51,094 nucleotides of DNA from a virus: positions 1 to 51,094 of IMG/VR virus record IMGVR_UViG_3300027651_000002; one strand, given 5' to 3'. Positions 1-6,926 of this stretch are shown here, piece after piece (the first letter of the stretch is position 1; every line of letters begins with the position of its first letter). Under the pieces are notes generated by a model. The model was not told the DNA's origin. It saw only the letters and a program-made list of their open reading frames with translations, and searched no databases. A program made the translations under genes and the position numbers.

Positions 1-99
1 GGATCGTTCTTGGCCAAGGTTCGAGAATTGTGCGCGCGGCGGGATCTCCTCTGCGCACATGATCTAGATCTTCTCTCTCTTCCTCTAACTCTTTCTCTG
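1..99. repeat. terminal direct repeat copy 1 (identical to 50996-51094), most likely a circular-assembly overlap
   Basis: 99/99 nt identity read directly. The repeat lies inside an uninterrupted minus-strand ORF. Confidence 0.95.
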
Positions 100-556
100 G
101 GGGCGTTACATCCGCGTTCGTAACGCGTTTCAGGCTGTCTAGCTCGGCTCTCTTCCGTTCCCTAAACCTTCGAACTCTCTCGGCAACTGCGGCAGGCGCC
201 TCGCTCGGTTTCCGCCCGTTGTAGTCGGTCCAATCATGCACTGTAACGGTGCATGTAACGGGCATGTTACGATCGCCTGTAACGTTTGGGTGGTCCGGTT
301 CGACTTTCACCAGAGCGCGATCTTCCAACACCGCTAGATCGTTTTCAGCGCTCCGGCCAGCTTCGCCATCCTCCGCTCCTGAACCCTCGAGAAGCGCTTG
401 CGGGGTGGTGTGCATGACGACGCCCGGTTTCGTCGATCGCTGCGCGAGAGACCAGATGTAAACCAGAAGGCGAAACTGCCGATTGTCGAGCGACCGCACC
501 TTCGGATGATCGTGTGCGTCGCAGTAGAATTTGAACCAGGAGAGGCCGCTCGCCAT
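1..556 (-). CDS. replisome organizer / replication initiator, N-terminal part (continues at 50995 down to 50664; 295 aa in total)
   Basis: ATG at 556. The frame stays open to base 1 and is in phase with ORF 50664-51053 across the circular junction. The N-terminus MASGLSWFKFYCDAHDHPKV..FRLLVYIWSLA resembles the phage replisome-organizer N-domain. It sits directly upstream of DnaB. Confidence 0.7.
   Translation of the reverse strand, partial: MASGLSWFKFYCDAHDHPKVRSLDNRQFRLLVYIWSLAQRSTKPGVVMHTTPQALLEGSGAEDGEAGRSAENDLAVLEDRALVKVEPDHPNVTGDRNMPVTCTVTVHDWTDYNGRKPSEAPAAVAERVRRFRERKRAELDSLKRVTNADVTPPEKELEEEREDLDHVRRGDPAARTILEPWPRTI
104..286. promoter_or_regulatory. ori-like iteron cluster inside the organizer gene
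   Basis: Four direct TGTAACG/TGTTACG units lie at 242-248, 254-260, 265-271 and 278-284. An inverted CGTTACA lies at 104-110 and CGTAACG at 119-125. A 30-nt pyrimidine tract at 68-99 flanks them. Confidence 0.5.
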
Positions 557-565
557 GATCGACCT

Positions 566-817
566 CTACGCCTTCGCCTCGTCCTGCTCTTCCTCGAGCG
601 GGAGGTGCCCCTGGTCGTCCTCGAGGTATCCGCCGTTGCGGATCGCGTCCTTCAACTTCTCGAAGCGCTCCTGCTCGTCGTGCAGGTCGGCCTTGAGCGT
701 GTCGATGCGGATGGCGGACTTGCAGCACAGCTTCCAGGCCTGGACCTTCCCGTCGTCCTTGAACGGTTTCCGCTTCTTCAGCTCCGGCAGGACATTGTGT
801 CCGTTGTCTTTCGCCAT
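566..817 (-). CDS. hypothetical protein (83 aa)
   Basis: ORF track. Non-repetitive composition. The stop is 9 nt before the organizer start. Confidence 0.6.
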   Translation of the reverse strand: MAKDNGHNVLPELKKRKPFKDDGKVQAWKLCCKSAIRIDTLKADLHDEQERFEKLKDAIRNGGYLEDDQGHLPLEEEQDEAKA

Positions 818-854
818 ATACTTGCGGCTCCCTGTACTGCTGGTTGGACTTCTC

Positions 855-883
855 GGGGCGGCTTGTCGCGGCCGCCCCGTTTT
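855..883 (+). terminator. plus-strand hairpin plus T4 tract inside a minus-strand operon (candidate antisense-RNA terminator)
   Basis: GGGGCGGC (855-862) pairs with GCCGCCCC (871-878) and is followed by GTTTTG. Confidence 0.35.
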
Positions 884-981
884 GCGGTGTTCCCTGGAAG
901 CCGGGCCGCGGCCGTCCGGTCGCGACCCGGCGTGTGACGGCTACTGTTCCGCTTCGCGGCCCTGCCGCGCTCTCGGTCAGC

Positions 982-1248
982 TCATGCGTGTCTCGCCGCT
1001 TCCCGCGCGCACTCGTGCATCTGGTCGCCGAAGTCGCGCGCAGCCTTCGGCGTCAACGGGGCGACATTGTCGCCGACGTGGATCCAGACGCAGCCGTCCT
1101 CGACATCGCAAAAAATCCGGTCGCTCACGCACTTCGCCGCGTCGCCGTGGACCAGCCTGCAACTCGGCAGGTGAAGCAAGACGCTGTTGCACCCGCAGGG
1201 CGCCTTCGCCACCGAGACGGAGACCGGGACCGGGACCGCACTGCTCAC
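982..1248 (-). CDS. hypothetical protein (88 aa), Cys-rich
   Basis: ORF track. ATGA overlap with the upstream gene. Confidence 0.55.
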   Translation of the reverse strand: MSSAVPVPVSVSVAKAPCGCNSVLLHLPSCRLVHGDAAKCVSDRIFCDVEDGCVWIHVGDNVAPLTPKAARDFGDQMHECAREAARHA

Positions 1249-1457
1249 AAACCACCTCCTCTGAGCGCCTTGCTCGCGCTCTCACGTGCCCGCCGCCGCA
1301 GCCGAAGGAGCGGCGAGTCCTTCACGACGAGCATCCCGCAGCCCAGCGTCACGCAGCGCCGATACGACGTGCCGTCGACGCGCCAGCGGCTGTGGTCGTG
1401 CAGGAGTCCGCAAAAGAGCCTGTCCCACCACGAAGGAGCCTTGAACTCGGCTTTCAT
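1245..1457 (-). CDS. hypothetical protein (70 aa)
   Basis: ORF track. Its start overlaps the stop of the 29-aa ORF. Confidence 0.5.
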   Translation of the reverse strand: MKAEFKAPSWWDRLFCGLLHDHSRWRVDGTSYRRCVTLGCGMLVVKDSPLLRLRRRARESASKALRGGGL

Positions 1458-1543
1458 GCATCCTCCCGCGCCGACCGGAGCAGCGCAGCCAAAGCGAATC
1501 CGATCAGTCCGCCAAGCACAAAGAGGATGAGGTACAGGGTCAC
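1454..1543 (-). CDS. small single-pass membrane peptide (29 aa)
   Basis: GTG at 1543 is preceded by AGGAGGG. Sequence is VTLYLILFVLGGLIGFALAALLRSAREDA. Both ends overlap the stops/starts of neighbours. Confidence 0.45.
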   Translation of the reverse strand: MTLYLILFVLGGLIGFALAALLRSAREDA

Positions 1544-1791
1544 GGCTCGCCCTCCTTCTCGGCGTGGACCGCCCTCACGCGGACGTGATCGTCGCTATGC
1601 GGGAAAATCAGGTACCGGCTCCCCATGCTCAGCACCACGCAAAGCGCTCCAGCCTCGTCGGCGAGCAGCGGGCGCCGCTGGCTGGCGACCTGGCTGAAGC
1701 TGAGCGCATAGCAGCCGTCCGCGCGCAGCTTGAGCAGGGCCGGCCCGGCGATCTGCGCGCGCTCGGTCCGGTCCGCTGAATCGAGGCTCAT
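1540..1791 (-). CDS. hypothetical protein (83 aa)
   Basis: Internal ATG at 1791 overlaps the stop of the upstream gene (ATGA). The longer ORF N-terminus is Arg/Gly junk. Confidence 0.55.
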   Translation of the reverse strand: MSLDSADRTERAQIAGPALLKLRADGCYALSFSQVASQRRPLLADEAGALCVVLSMGSRYLIFPHSDDHVRVRAVHAEKEGEP

Positions 1792-2195
1792 CGGCTGACC
1801 CCGAAGTCCGTTTGCGCGACGAGCTCGGCGACTTCCTCTGCCGAGACGTACCCCTTCGCCGATGCCCGCGCGCCGAGCGTGCGCAGCGACTCCTCTGGAC
1901 GTAAACGCAGCGGCTCCACGATGTGGACGCCGCACTGCCCGGTGATCTCGGTGAGGTGCTGCCGGTCACGTTTGAGCGCGAGATACGCCATGTCGGCGGA
2001 CGGCTTCTTGCGACGGCTCCAGAAGCGGAGTTGGTTCTCGACGCTTCCGGGCGACAAGTTCAGGTCGTAGGCGACTTCCTTGACCGTGATGCGGTCGATC
2101 GCCCGCCGCAGCGAGGCGCGGCACTCAGCGAAGAAGTCCGCTGGGCGCAGCAAGTCCTTCTGCAGGGGCTCGATCGTGAAGGGGGCCACGCTCAC
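1788..2195 (-). CDS. HTH DNA-binding protein in the CII position
   Basis: HTH-like segment ITVKEVAYDLNLSPGSVENQL. GGAGGA lies upstream of the GTG. It is the first gene after the Cro-like gene. Confidence 0.55.
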   Translation of the reverse strand: MSVAPFTIEPLQKDLLRPADFFAECRASLRRAIDRITVKEVAYDLNLSPGSVENQLRFWSRRKKPSADMAYLALKRDRQHLTEITGQCGVHIVEPLRLRPEESLRTLGARASAKGYVSAEEVAELVAQTDFGVSR

Positions 2196-2252
2196 TTGTG
2201 GGATCCTCCGGGATCAACTCCAACCCAACGCCACCCAGACGACTCGGGTACG

Positions 2253-2270
2253 AAAAAAGCGATGCGTCGC
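2253..2270 (-). terminator. weak hairpin plus T6 between the cro-like and CII-like genes (tR1-like candidate)
   Basis: The minus strand reads GCGACGCATCGC followed by TTTTTT. Confidence 0.25.
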
Positions 2271-2285
2271 CGCACCGCCTGCCGA

Positions 2286-2510
2286 CTAAGCCGCCTTCCT
2301 TTTTTTCCCTGCTCCTCTCGGCTTCTGCGACCAGGTCTTCATCGGGATCCCGAAGACCGTCTGCAGCACACCCGCGCTGTCCATGTCGGGCCTGCCGCCG
2401 TGGAACCAGCGATGCACGGTGGGCGCGGAGCGCTGAACCGCCTGGACGATCTCCGCCTGGGTCTTCCCGGTGTCCGCGAGCAGCCTGTGGCCTTCGGTTC
2501 GGATGACCAT
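2286..2510 (-). CDS. Cro-like HTH regulator (74 aa)
   Basis: KTQAEIVQAVQRSAPTVHRW is an HTH-like segment. The gene is divergent from the CI-like gene across an AT-rich spacer. Confidence 0.7.
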   Translation of the reverse strand: MVIRTEGHRLLADTGKTQAEIVQAVQRSAPTVHRWFHGGRPDMDSAGVLQTVFGIPMKTWSQKPRGAGKKRKAA

Positions 2511-2600
2511 CGAAGCGGGCTTCTAGCATTTAGCGATAGCAAATTTCAAGTGGATCCGGACTTCGCTCCGTAAATGTTTGCCTCCGCTAACATTTCCGCC
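2511..2600. promoter_or_regulatory. divergent immunity switch region (OR-like)
   Basis: Locally AT-rich. Contains repeated TAGC/GCTA and GC(A/T)AACATTT-like motifs (2523-2546, 2571-2594). I could not resolve the promoter hexamers. Confidence 0.5.
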
Positions 2601-2957
2601 ATGCGGAAGGGCGCTCGTCAGCCCAGCGCGCCTGATAGCGCCGAAGAGAAGCTTCGTGCGCGGCTGCGTCGTTGGCTGCTCTACTTCGAGAGCGAAAGCG
2701 AGACCCTCAAGCGCTACGAGCTCGCGGAACACATGGGCATCAGCGCGCCGCACATGTCGAACCTGCTGAACGGCAAGGCGAAGGTGGGGATCGACACGTT
2801 CGTGCTGATGGCGCGGTTCGGGAAGTCACTCGAGCACATGGCGCTGTTCGAGCCGCCAGGCAGTGTCGCACCGACAGCGACCTCGGAGGATACGTCCTCA
2901 CAAGACGCGAGACCGACGGTCAGGAAACGAGCCCGCGGCCAGAAATCTAGCCCGTAG
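2574..2957 (+). CDS. CI-like XRE-family repressor (start at 2574 or 2601)
   Basis: HTH segment LKRYELAEHMGISAPHMSNLLNGKAKVGIDTF. Divergent from the Cro-like gene. No S24 peptidase domain is visible. Confidence 0.75.
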   Translation: MFASANISAMRKGARQPSAPDSAEEKLRARLRRWLLYFESESETLKRYELAEHMGISAPHMSNLLNGKAKVGIDTFVLMARFGKSLEHMALFEPPGSVAPTATSEDTSSQDARPTVRKRARGQKSSP

Positions 2958-3000
2958 ACGAGAGCGCGGTCGCGCGAGTAGAACGCTGCGCTTCGCGCCC

Positions 3001-3189
3001 ATGGACAAACCTCCTCGCCTGTCGCCCTGCTGCAGCGTCCGCTCTCAACTCCGCAACGTCTCGCTCGAGACGAAGGAGGCGATCTTCCGTTGCACGAGAT
3101 GCGGCATGCTGCGCATCGAAAGCCTGCGGCCAGAGAGAGCGGCGCCACCTCCGGCAGCCAGCCATCTCCGGCTCGTCGTTAGCCGCTAG
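3001..3189 (+). CDS. small zinc-ribbon-like protein (62 aa) between the repressor gene and the early-left promoter (the position rexAB occupies in lambda)
   Basis: Internal ATG. The plus-frame GC3 is higher than the antisense frame. Contains CC..15 aa..CTRC. No clear SD. Confidence 0.4.
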   Translation: MDKPPRLSPCCSVRSQLRNVSLETKEAIFRCTRCGMLRIESLRPERAAPPPAASHLRLVVSR

Positions 3190-3211
3190 AAACCCCTTGT
3201 CTGGTCGCCGG

Positions 3212-3265
3212 GTTAGCGCCTAAGCGAACTTAGCTATTGCATAGCAGATTAGCTTCTGCTAATGT
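3212..3265 (+). promoter_or_regulatory. PL-like promoter with overlapping inverted repeats (OL-like)
   Basis: TTGCAT (3237-3242), a 17-nt spacer, then TAATGT (3260-3265). Inverted repeats are TTAGC-TTCT-GCTAA (3249-3262), GCTAT-TGC-ATAGC (3233-3245) and TTAG-CGC-CTAA (3212-3222). Confidence 0.5.
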
Positions 3266-3292
3266 GCCTTCCGTACTCAAGGAGGCGCACCG

Positions 3293-3496
3293 ATGGCGAA
3301 GACCCCCCAGGCAATCGAAGAGCAGGTGAAGAAGGCGCAGGCGTCCGTAGCGGCGCTGCGAGCAGAAGCGGCGCAGCTGCGTGAGGCCGGCGAGGACCTC
3401 GAGGACGAAGAGATGCTGCGCGCCGCCCGGAAGCTCGAGGCGCAGGTCCGCAAGACCGAGCAGACCATCGCCCGCGCCCAGGCGGTGCAGCCATGA
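3293..3496 (+). CDS. hypothetical coiled-coil protein (67 aa)
   Basis: ORF track. AAGGAGG lies 8 nt upstream. Confidence 0.65.
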   Translation: MAKTPQAIEEQVKKAQASVAALRAEAAQLREAGEDLEDEEMLRAARKLEAQVRKTEQTIARAQAVQP

Positions 3497-3792
3497 CCCC
3501 CGCCGACCGCGCCGCGCTCGCCGAGCGGATGAAGCAGGACGCGCGCACCGACAAGGCGATCGCGATGGCGCGCGTGATCATGGCGACCGCGCACGAGTTC
3601 CAGACGCCGGCGCGCGAGGTGTTCCCGACGAACGACACCGAGTGGTTCCGCGTGTGGCGGCTGGCGAAGTGCGCGTCCGCGCCGTCGGAGCAGACCAAGG
3701 CGCTGTGCCGCGAGTTCGTCGAACAGCAAGAGCAGCTCGAGGAGTTGGAGCGGGTTCGGGCGGTGGCGACGGATGGGCAGGCACTCCGATGA
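3493..3792 (+). CDS. hypothetical protein (99 aa)
   Basis: ORF track. ATGA coupling. Confidence 0.6.
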   Translation: MTPADRAALAERMKQDARTDKAIAMARVIMATAHEFQTPAREVFPTNDTEWFRVWRLAKCASAPSEQTKALCREFVEQQEQLEELERVRAVATDGQALR

Positions 3793-3974
3793 ACCTGCCC
3801 GGCTACGACGCCTGGAAGCTGGCCAGCCCGCCCGAGTACGAGTTCCCTGAGTCGTGTCCGTACTGCGACGCGCATCTGGACAGCGACGGCGTGTGCGACG
3901 GGTGTGGCTGGGGCGCTGATGACGAGTCCGGCGACGCCTACGACACGCTCGAGGAAGCGGAGATGGCGCGGTGA
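3789..3974 (+). CDS. small Cys-rich acidic protein (61 aa)
   Basis: ATG at 3789 overlaps the previous stop. Contains CPYCDAHLDSDGVCDGC. Confidence 0.55.
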   Translation: MNLPGYDAWKLASPPEYEFPESCPYCDAHLDSDGVCDGCGWGADDESGDAYDTLEEAEMAR

Positions 3975-4681
3975 CGCTCCCCTGGTTCAAAGGCCGGCTC
4001 GCGGCATTCGATACAGAGACGACGGGCGTCGACCCTCTGACCGCGCGCATCGTCACCGCCGCAGTCGTCAGCGTCGGCGGTATCGAGCAGATGGTCGAAG
4101 GGCGCTGGGTGATCTGCCCTGACATCGACATTCCTGAAGGTGCAGCGAAGATCCACGGCTTCACCACCGAGCGCGCCCGCAGGGAAGGACGACCGCCGTA
4201 CGATGCTCTCGCCGAGATCGTCCGCGAACTCGCAGCGGCCTGGAAGCGCGAGGAGCCGGTCGTCATCTTCAACGCTCCGTATGATCTGACGGTGTTGTGC
4301 GCCGAACTACGGCGCCACAGTCTGCCGACGCTTGAGATCGGCCCGGTGGTCGACCCGCTGGTGCTCGACAAGCAGCTCGACAAGTACCGGAAGGGCTCGC
4401 GGAAGCTGGAAGCGATCTGCGAGTTCCGCAGCGTCCGGCACGATGGCGCACACGACTCGACGCACGACGCGATCGCGGCGGCGCGCCTCGCGTACCGGCT
4501 AGCCAGCCTCTACGACGAAATCGGCTCGTTCAGCCCGCACGACCTGCACCAGCTCCAGATCGCCTGGTTCGCGGAGCAGGCGCGAGGTCTCGCCGCTCAC
4601 TTCGCCAAGCAGGGCAAGACCGAAACCGTCTCAACCGAATGGCCGGTGCGCACACTGCCGGCGATGCAGGAGGTCGCGTAG
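3971..4681 (+). CDS. DEDDh 3-prime-5-prime exonuclease (DnaQ/epsilon-like)
   Basis: Exo motifs FDTETTG, NAPYDL and HDSTHDA. Confidence 0.85.
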   Translation: MTLPWFKGRLAAFDTETTGVDPLTARIVTAAVVSVGGIEQMVEGRWVICPDIDIPEGAAKIHGFTTERARREGRPPYDALAEIVRELAAAWKREEPVVIFNAPYDLTVLCAELRRHSLPTLEIGPVVDPLVLDKQLDKYRKGSRKLEAICEFRSVRHDGAHDSTHDAIAAARLAYRLASLYDEIGSFSPHDLHQLQIAWFAEQARGLAAHFAKQGKTETVSTEWPVRTLPAMQEVA

Positions 4682-4683
4682 CC

Positions 4684-4860
4684 ATGGGCCACACTCTCTG
4701 CGCCGACTGCGGCAAGGTCGTGCGTCTCGTCTTCGACGGCGAGGAAGTGCGCGTCGCTGTCCACGATATTTGTGGCATGGGCGGCCAGCCGCTCGAGGTG
4801 AATCTGCGCGCGCGGCAACTCGCGGACGCGCTGAAGCGGAAGAGCGAGGTGTGGTCGTGA
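4684..4860 (+). CDS. hypothetical small protein (58 aa)
   Basis: ATG 3 nt after the exonuclease stop. Contains a CADCGK motif. Confidence 0.5.
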   Translation: MGHTLCADCGKVVRLVFDGEEVRVAVHDICGMGGQPLEVNLRARQLADALKRKSEVWS

Positions 4861-5162
4861 GCGCGCCCAAGCACACGCCGGGACCGTGGTCGATTGATGA
4901 GACTCCTGTCGAGTACGTCGCCATCCGTGGCCCGGGTGATGCCCCGGTGTGGTTGCACTCCGTTGCCGAGATCGAAGTGCTGGGCGGCGACGACGAACAG
5001 GAACGCGTCGCGCGCGCTAACGCCAAGCTGATCGCCGCCGCGCCCGCGCTGGCGGATGCGCTGGGGGATACGCTCTGGTTCATCGAGAAAGCGGGGCCGC
5101 TCGGGGCGGCGCTGCTCGCCCGCGCCCGTGCCGCCCTCCGCGCCGCCGGGAGGCTGCCGTGA
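4857..5162 (+). CDS. hypothetical protein (101 aa)
   Basis: GTGA coupling. The HTPGPW ... NAKLIAAAPAL pattern recurs in phage small proteins (from memory). Confidence 0.55.
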   Translation: MSAPKHTPGPWSIDETPVEYVAIRGPGDAPVWLHSVAEIEVLGGDDEQERVARANAKLIAAAPALADALGDTLWFIEKAGPLGAALLARARAALRAAGRLP

Positions 5163-5371
5163 GCGACGCGCTGAACAGGCTCGAGATGATCGCGGAGATC
5201 CGGCGGCTGAACGGGCTGCTGACCGAGGCGAAGAGGCGCGCGGTCACGCTCGCGGAGCGGGAGCAGGCAGAGCGGGTCGCCGAGGCGGCGCTGATCGACA
5301 AGCTCACCGCGGCCGGCCTCCGTGCCCAGACGCTGCTCAGGAAGCTCCGCGCCGTCAGGAGGGAGCCGTGA
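5159..5371 (+). CDS. hypothetical coiled-coil protein (70 aa)
   Basis: ORF track. GTGA coupling. Confidence 0.55.
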   Translation: MSDALNRLEMIAEIRRLNGLLTEAKRRAVTLAEREQAERVAEAALIDKLTAAGLRAQTLLRKLRAVRREP

Positions 5372-5601
5372 ACACGCCTCCGAACTGCGAACGCTGCGGC
5401 GCCCCTGCCTACAACGTGACTGGCCGCGGCGAGCACACCGGGCGGCATACCGACGTCGACGAATGCCTACGCGAGCTGAACGCGAGGATCGCCTCGCTTG
5501 AGAAGGGGTTCGACCGCGCTGAGAAGGCTGCGATCCGCCGCGCGCGCCACGACTCGCTCGACCAAGCGCTGAACTCCGGCGACGGGAGCTACAAACCATG
5601 A
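5368..5601 (+). CDS. hypothetical protein (77 aa)
   Basis: GTG at 5368 with GGAGGGAG upstream. Contains CERCG. Confidence 0.5.
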   Translation: MNTPPNCERCGAPAYNVTGRGEHTGRHTDVDECLRELNARIASLEKGFDRAEKAAIRRARHDSLDQALNSGDGSYKP

Positions 5602-6062
5602 CCGACTTCAATCCGCTCGAGGTGGAGGTCTGCGCGCTGCGCGTCGAGCTGGCGAAGGCGAATTGCCGGATCGCCGATCTCGTCCACCTGCTCAAGGTGC
5701 ACGGCGGCCAGCCGCTCAAGGACGGGATCCTCTCTCTCGGCGAACTGCGAACGCGCATCCTTGAGGCGCTCGGCTCGCACCTCACGCACGAGGAGCAGCG
5801 AACAGTCGAGGAGACGTTCACGGTTCTGTACGTCCACTTCGACGGCATCGAGCGGGTACTCCGCGCCCAGGACTGCGCCTGCGGCGAGTTGACCGAAGGA
5901 GAGCAGTCGCTCGAGGAGGCGATCGCGGGTGCGCGCGCGGCGAGAGCGGAGGCGATCGAGAAGGGGTTCCTGAACGCGACCGATCGGCCGCGCGGGAAAG
6001 TGATCGACCTGGGGGCGAGGATGAAGCCATCCACGGCGCGAGATCCGAAGGGAGCCGCATGA
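5598..6062 (+). CDS. hypothetical protein (154 aa)
   Basis: ORF track. ATGA coupling. Confidence 0.6.
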   Translation: MTDFNPLEVEVCALRVELAKANCRIADLVHLLKVHGGQPLKDGILSLGELRTRILEALGSHLTHEEQRTVEETFTVLYVHFDGIERVLRAQDCACGELTEGEQSLEEAIAGARAARAEAIEKGFLNATDRPRGKVIDLGARMKPSTARDPKGAA

Positions 6063-6499
6063 AGATCTACGTGGCGTCGTCGTGGCGGAACTACCTGCAG
6101 CCAGGAATCGTGCTGATGCTTCGTCGCGCCGGGCACGAGGTCTACGACTTCCGCCATCCGGCCGCCGGCGTCAGCGGCTTCGCGTGGAGCGAGGTTGATC
6201 CCGATTGGCAGAAATGGACGCCAGAAGAGTATCGGCAGGCGCTGCAGCATCCGGTCGCGGCCCGCGGGCACGCGCTGGACATGGACGCGCTGCGTGCGTG
6301 CAACGCGTGCGTGCTCGTTCTGCCCTCTGGCCGCTCGGCGAGCTGGGAATTCGGCTGGGCGATGGGCGCAGGCAAGCGCGGGGCGGTCGTCATGTTCGAG
6401 CCCTGCGAGCCCGAGCTGATGTACCGCGACGCGGAAATCCTCACCTGCCCCGACGACGTGTTCGCCGCGTTTGGCGTGCCGAAGGAGGAAGTCGCTTGA
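6059..6499 (+). CDS. nucleoside 2-deoxyribosyltransferase-like fold protein (146 aa)
   Basis: MKIYVASSW at the N-terminus and SGRSASWEFGWAMGAGK near the C-terminus resemble the NDT/Rcl-type flavodoxin-like family. The assignment is from memory only. Confidence 0.45.
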   Translation: MKIYVASSWRNYLQPGIVLMLRRAGHEVYDFRHPAAGVSGFAWSEVDPDWQKWTPEEYRQALQHPVAARGHALDMDALRACNACVLVLPSGRSASWEFGWAMGAGKRGAVVMFEPCEPELMYRDAEILTCPDDVFAAFGVPKEEVA

Positions 6500-6726
6500 G
6501 CTACGCCCGACACCTGCGCATCGCCCGCCGCCGCGGCCAGTACATGAGCGTCGAGGCCTACCTCGCCGAGCACCGCAAGCGCCACGAGCCGGCGCGCTTC
6601 CATGACGCCAGCACGGTGGGCGACTTCCTGCGCGGGCCGGCGACGGTGGGCCGCACGCAGCCGGCGCCGCACCTCGAGGACTACGACCGCGCGCCGACGA
6701 CGACCTATCCGGAGAGCGAATCGTGA
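6496..6726 (+). CDS. hypothetical protein (76 aa; TTG start, or ATG at 6544)
   Basis: GGAGGA lies 7 nt upstream of a TTG that overlaps the previous stop. Confidence 0.45.
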   Translation: MSYARHLRIARRRGQYMSVEAYLAEHRKRHEPARFHDASTVGDFLRGPATVGRTQPAPHLEDYDRAPTTTYPESES

Positions 6727-6926
6727 GCCCGCGCCGCCTCAGCAATGCCGAGCGGGATCTGGCAGCGCTGGACGCGTTCAAGGCGAGGCCGTGCACGTGG
6801 TGTGAACGCGAGCCCAAGGCATCGGGCGACCACCTGTGCAGCGGCTGCCGCACGGCCTGGAACGCTGCGCAGCAAGACCCGGACAGGCTGCACCAACTTG
6901 GCGCGATGGCGAGGAGGCTTCCGTGA
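6723..6926 (+). CDS. hypothetical Cys-rich protein (67 aa)
   Basis: ORF track. Contains CTWC...CSGC. Confidence 0.5.
   Translation: MSPRRLSNAERDLAALDAFKARPCTWCEREPKASGDHLCSGCRTAWNAAQQDPDRLHQLGAMARRLP

Noticed and set aside
1-99. Genuine direct terminal repeats (packaging ends)
   Set aside because: The repeat lies in the middle of an otherwise intact replication gene. Its length is typical of an assembler k-mer overlap. A circular-assembly artefact is more likely, but read-level data are needed to be sure.
531-1697. 388-aa plus-strand ORF (and 844-1530)
   Set aside because: It lies antisense to a chain of translationally coupled minus-strand genes. Its composition is Arg/Ser/Pro-rich.
3277-4383. 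368-aa minus-strand ORF
   Set aside because: It lies antisense to plus-strand genes, including the DEDDh exonuclease. Low-complexity translation.
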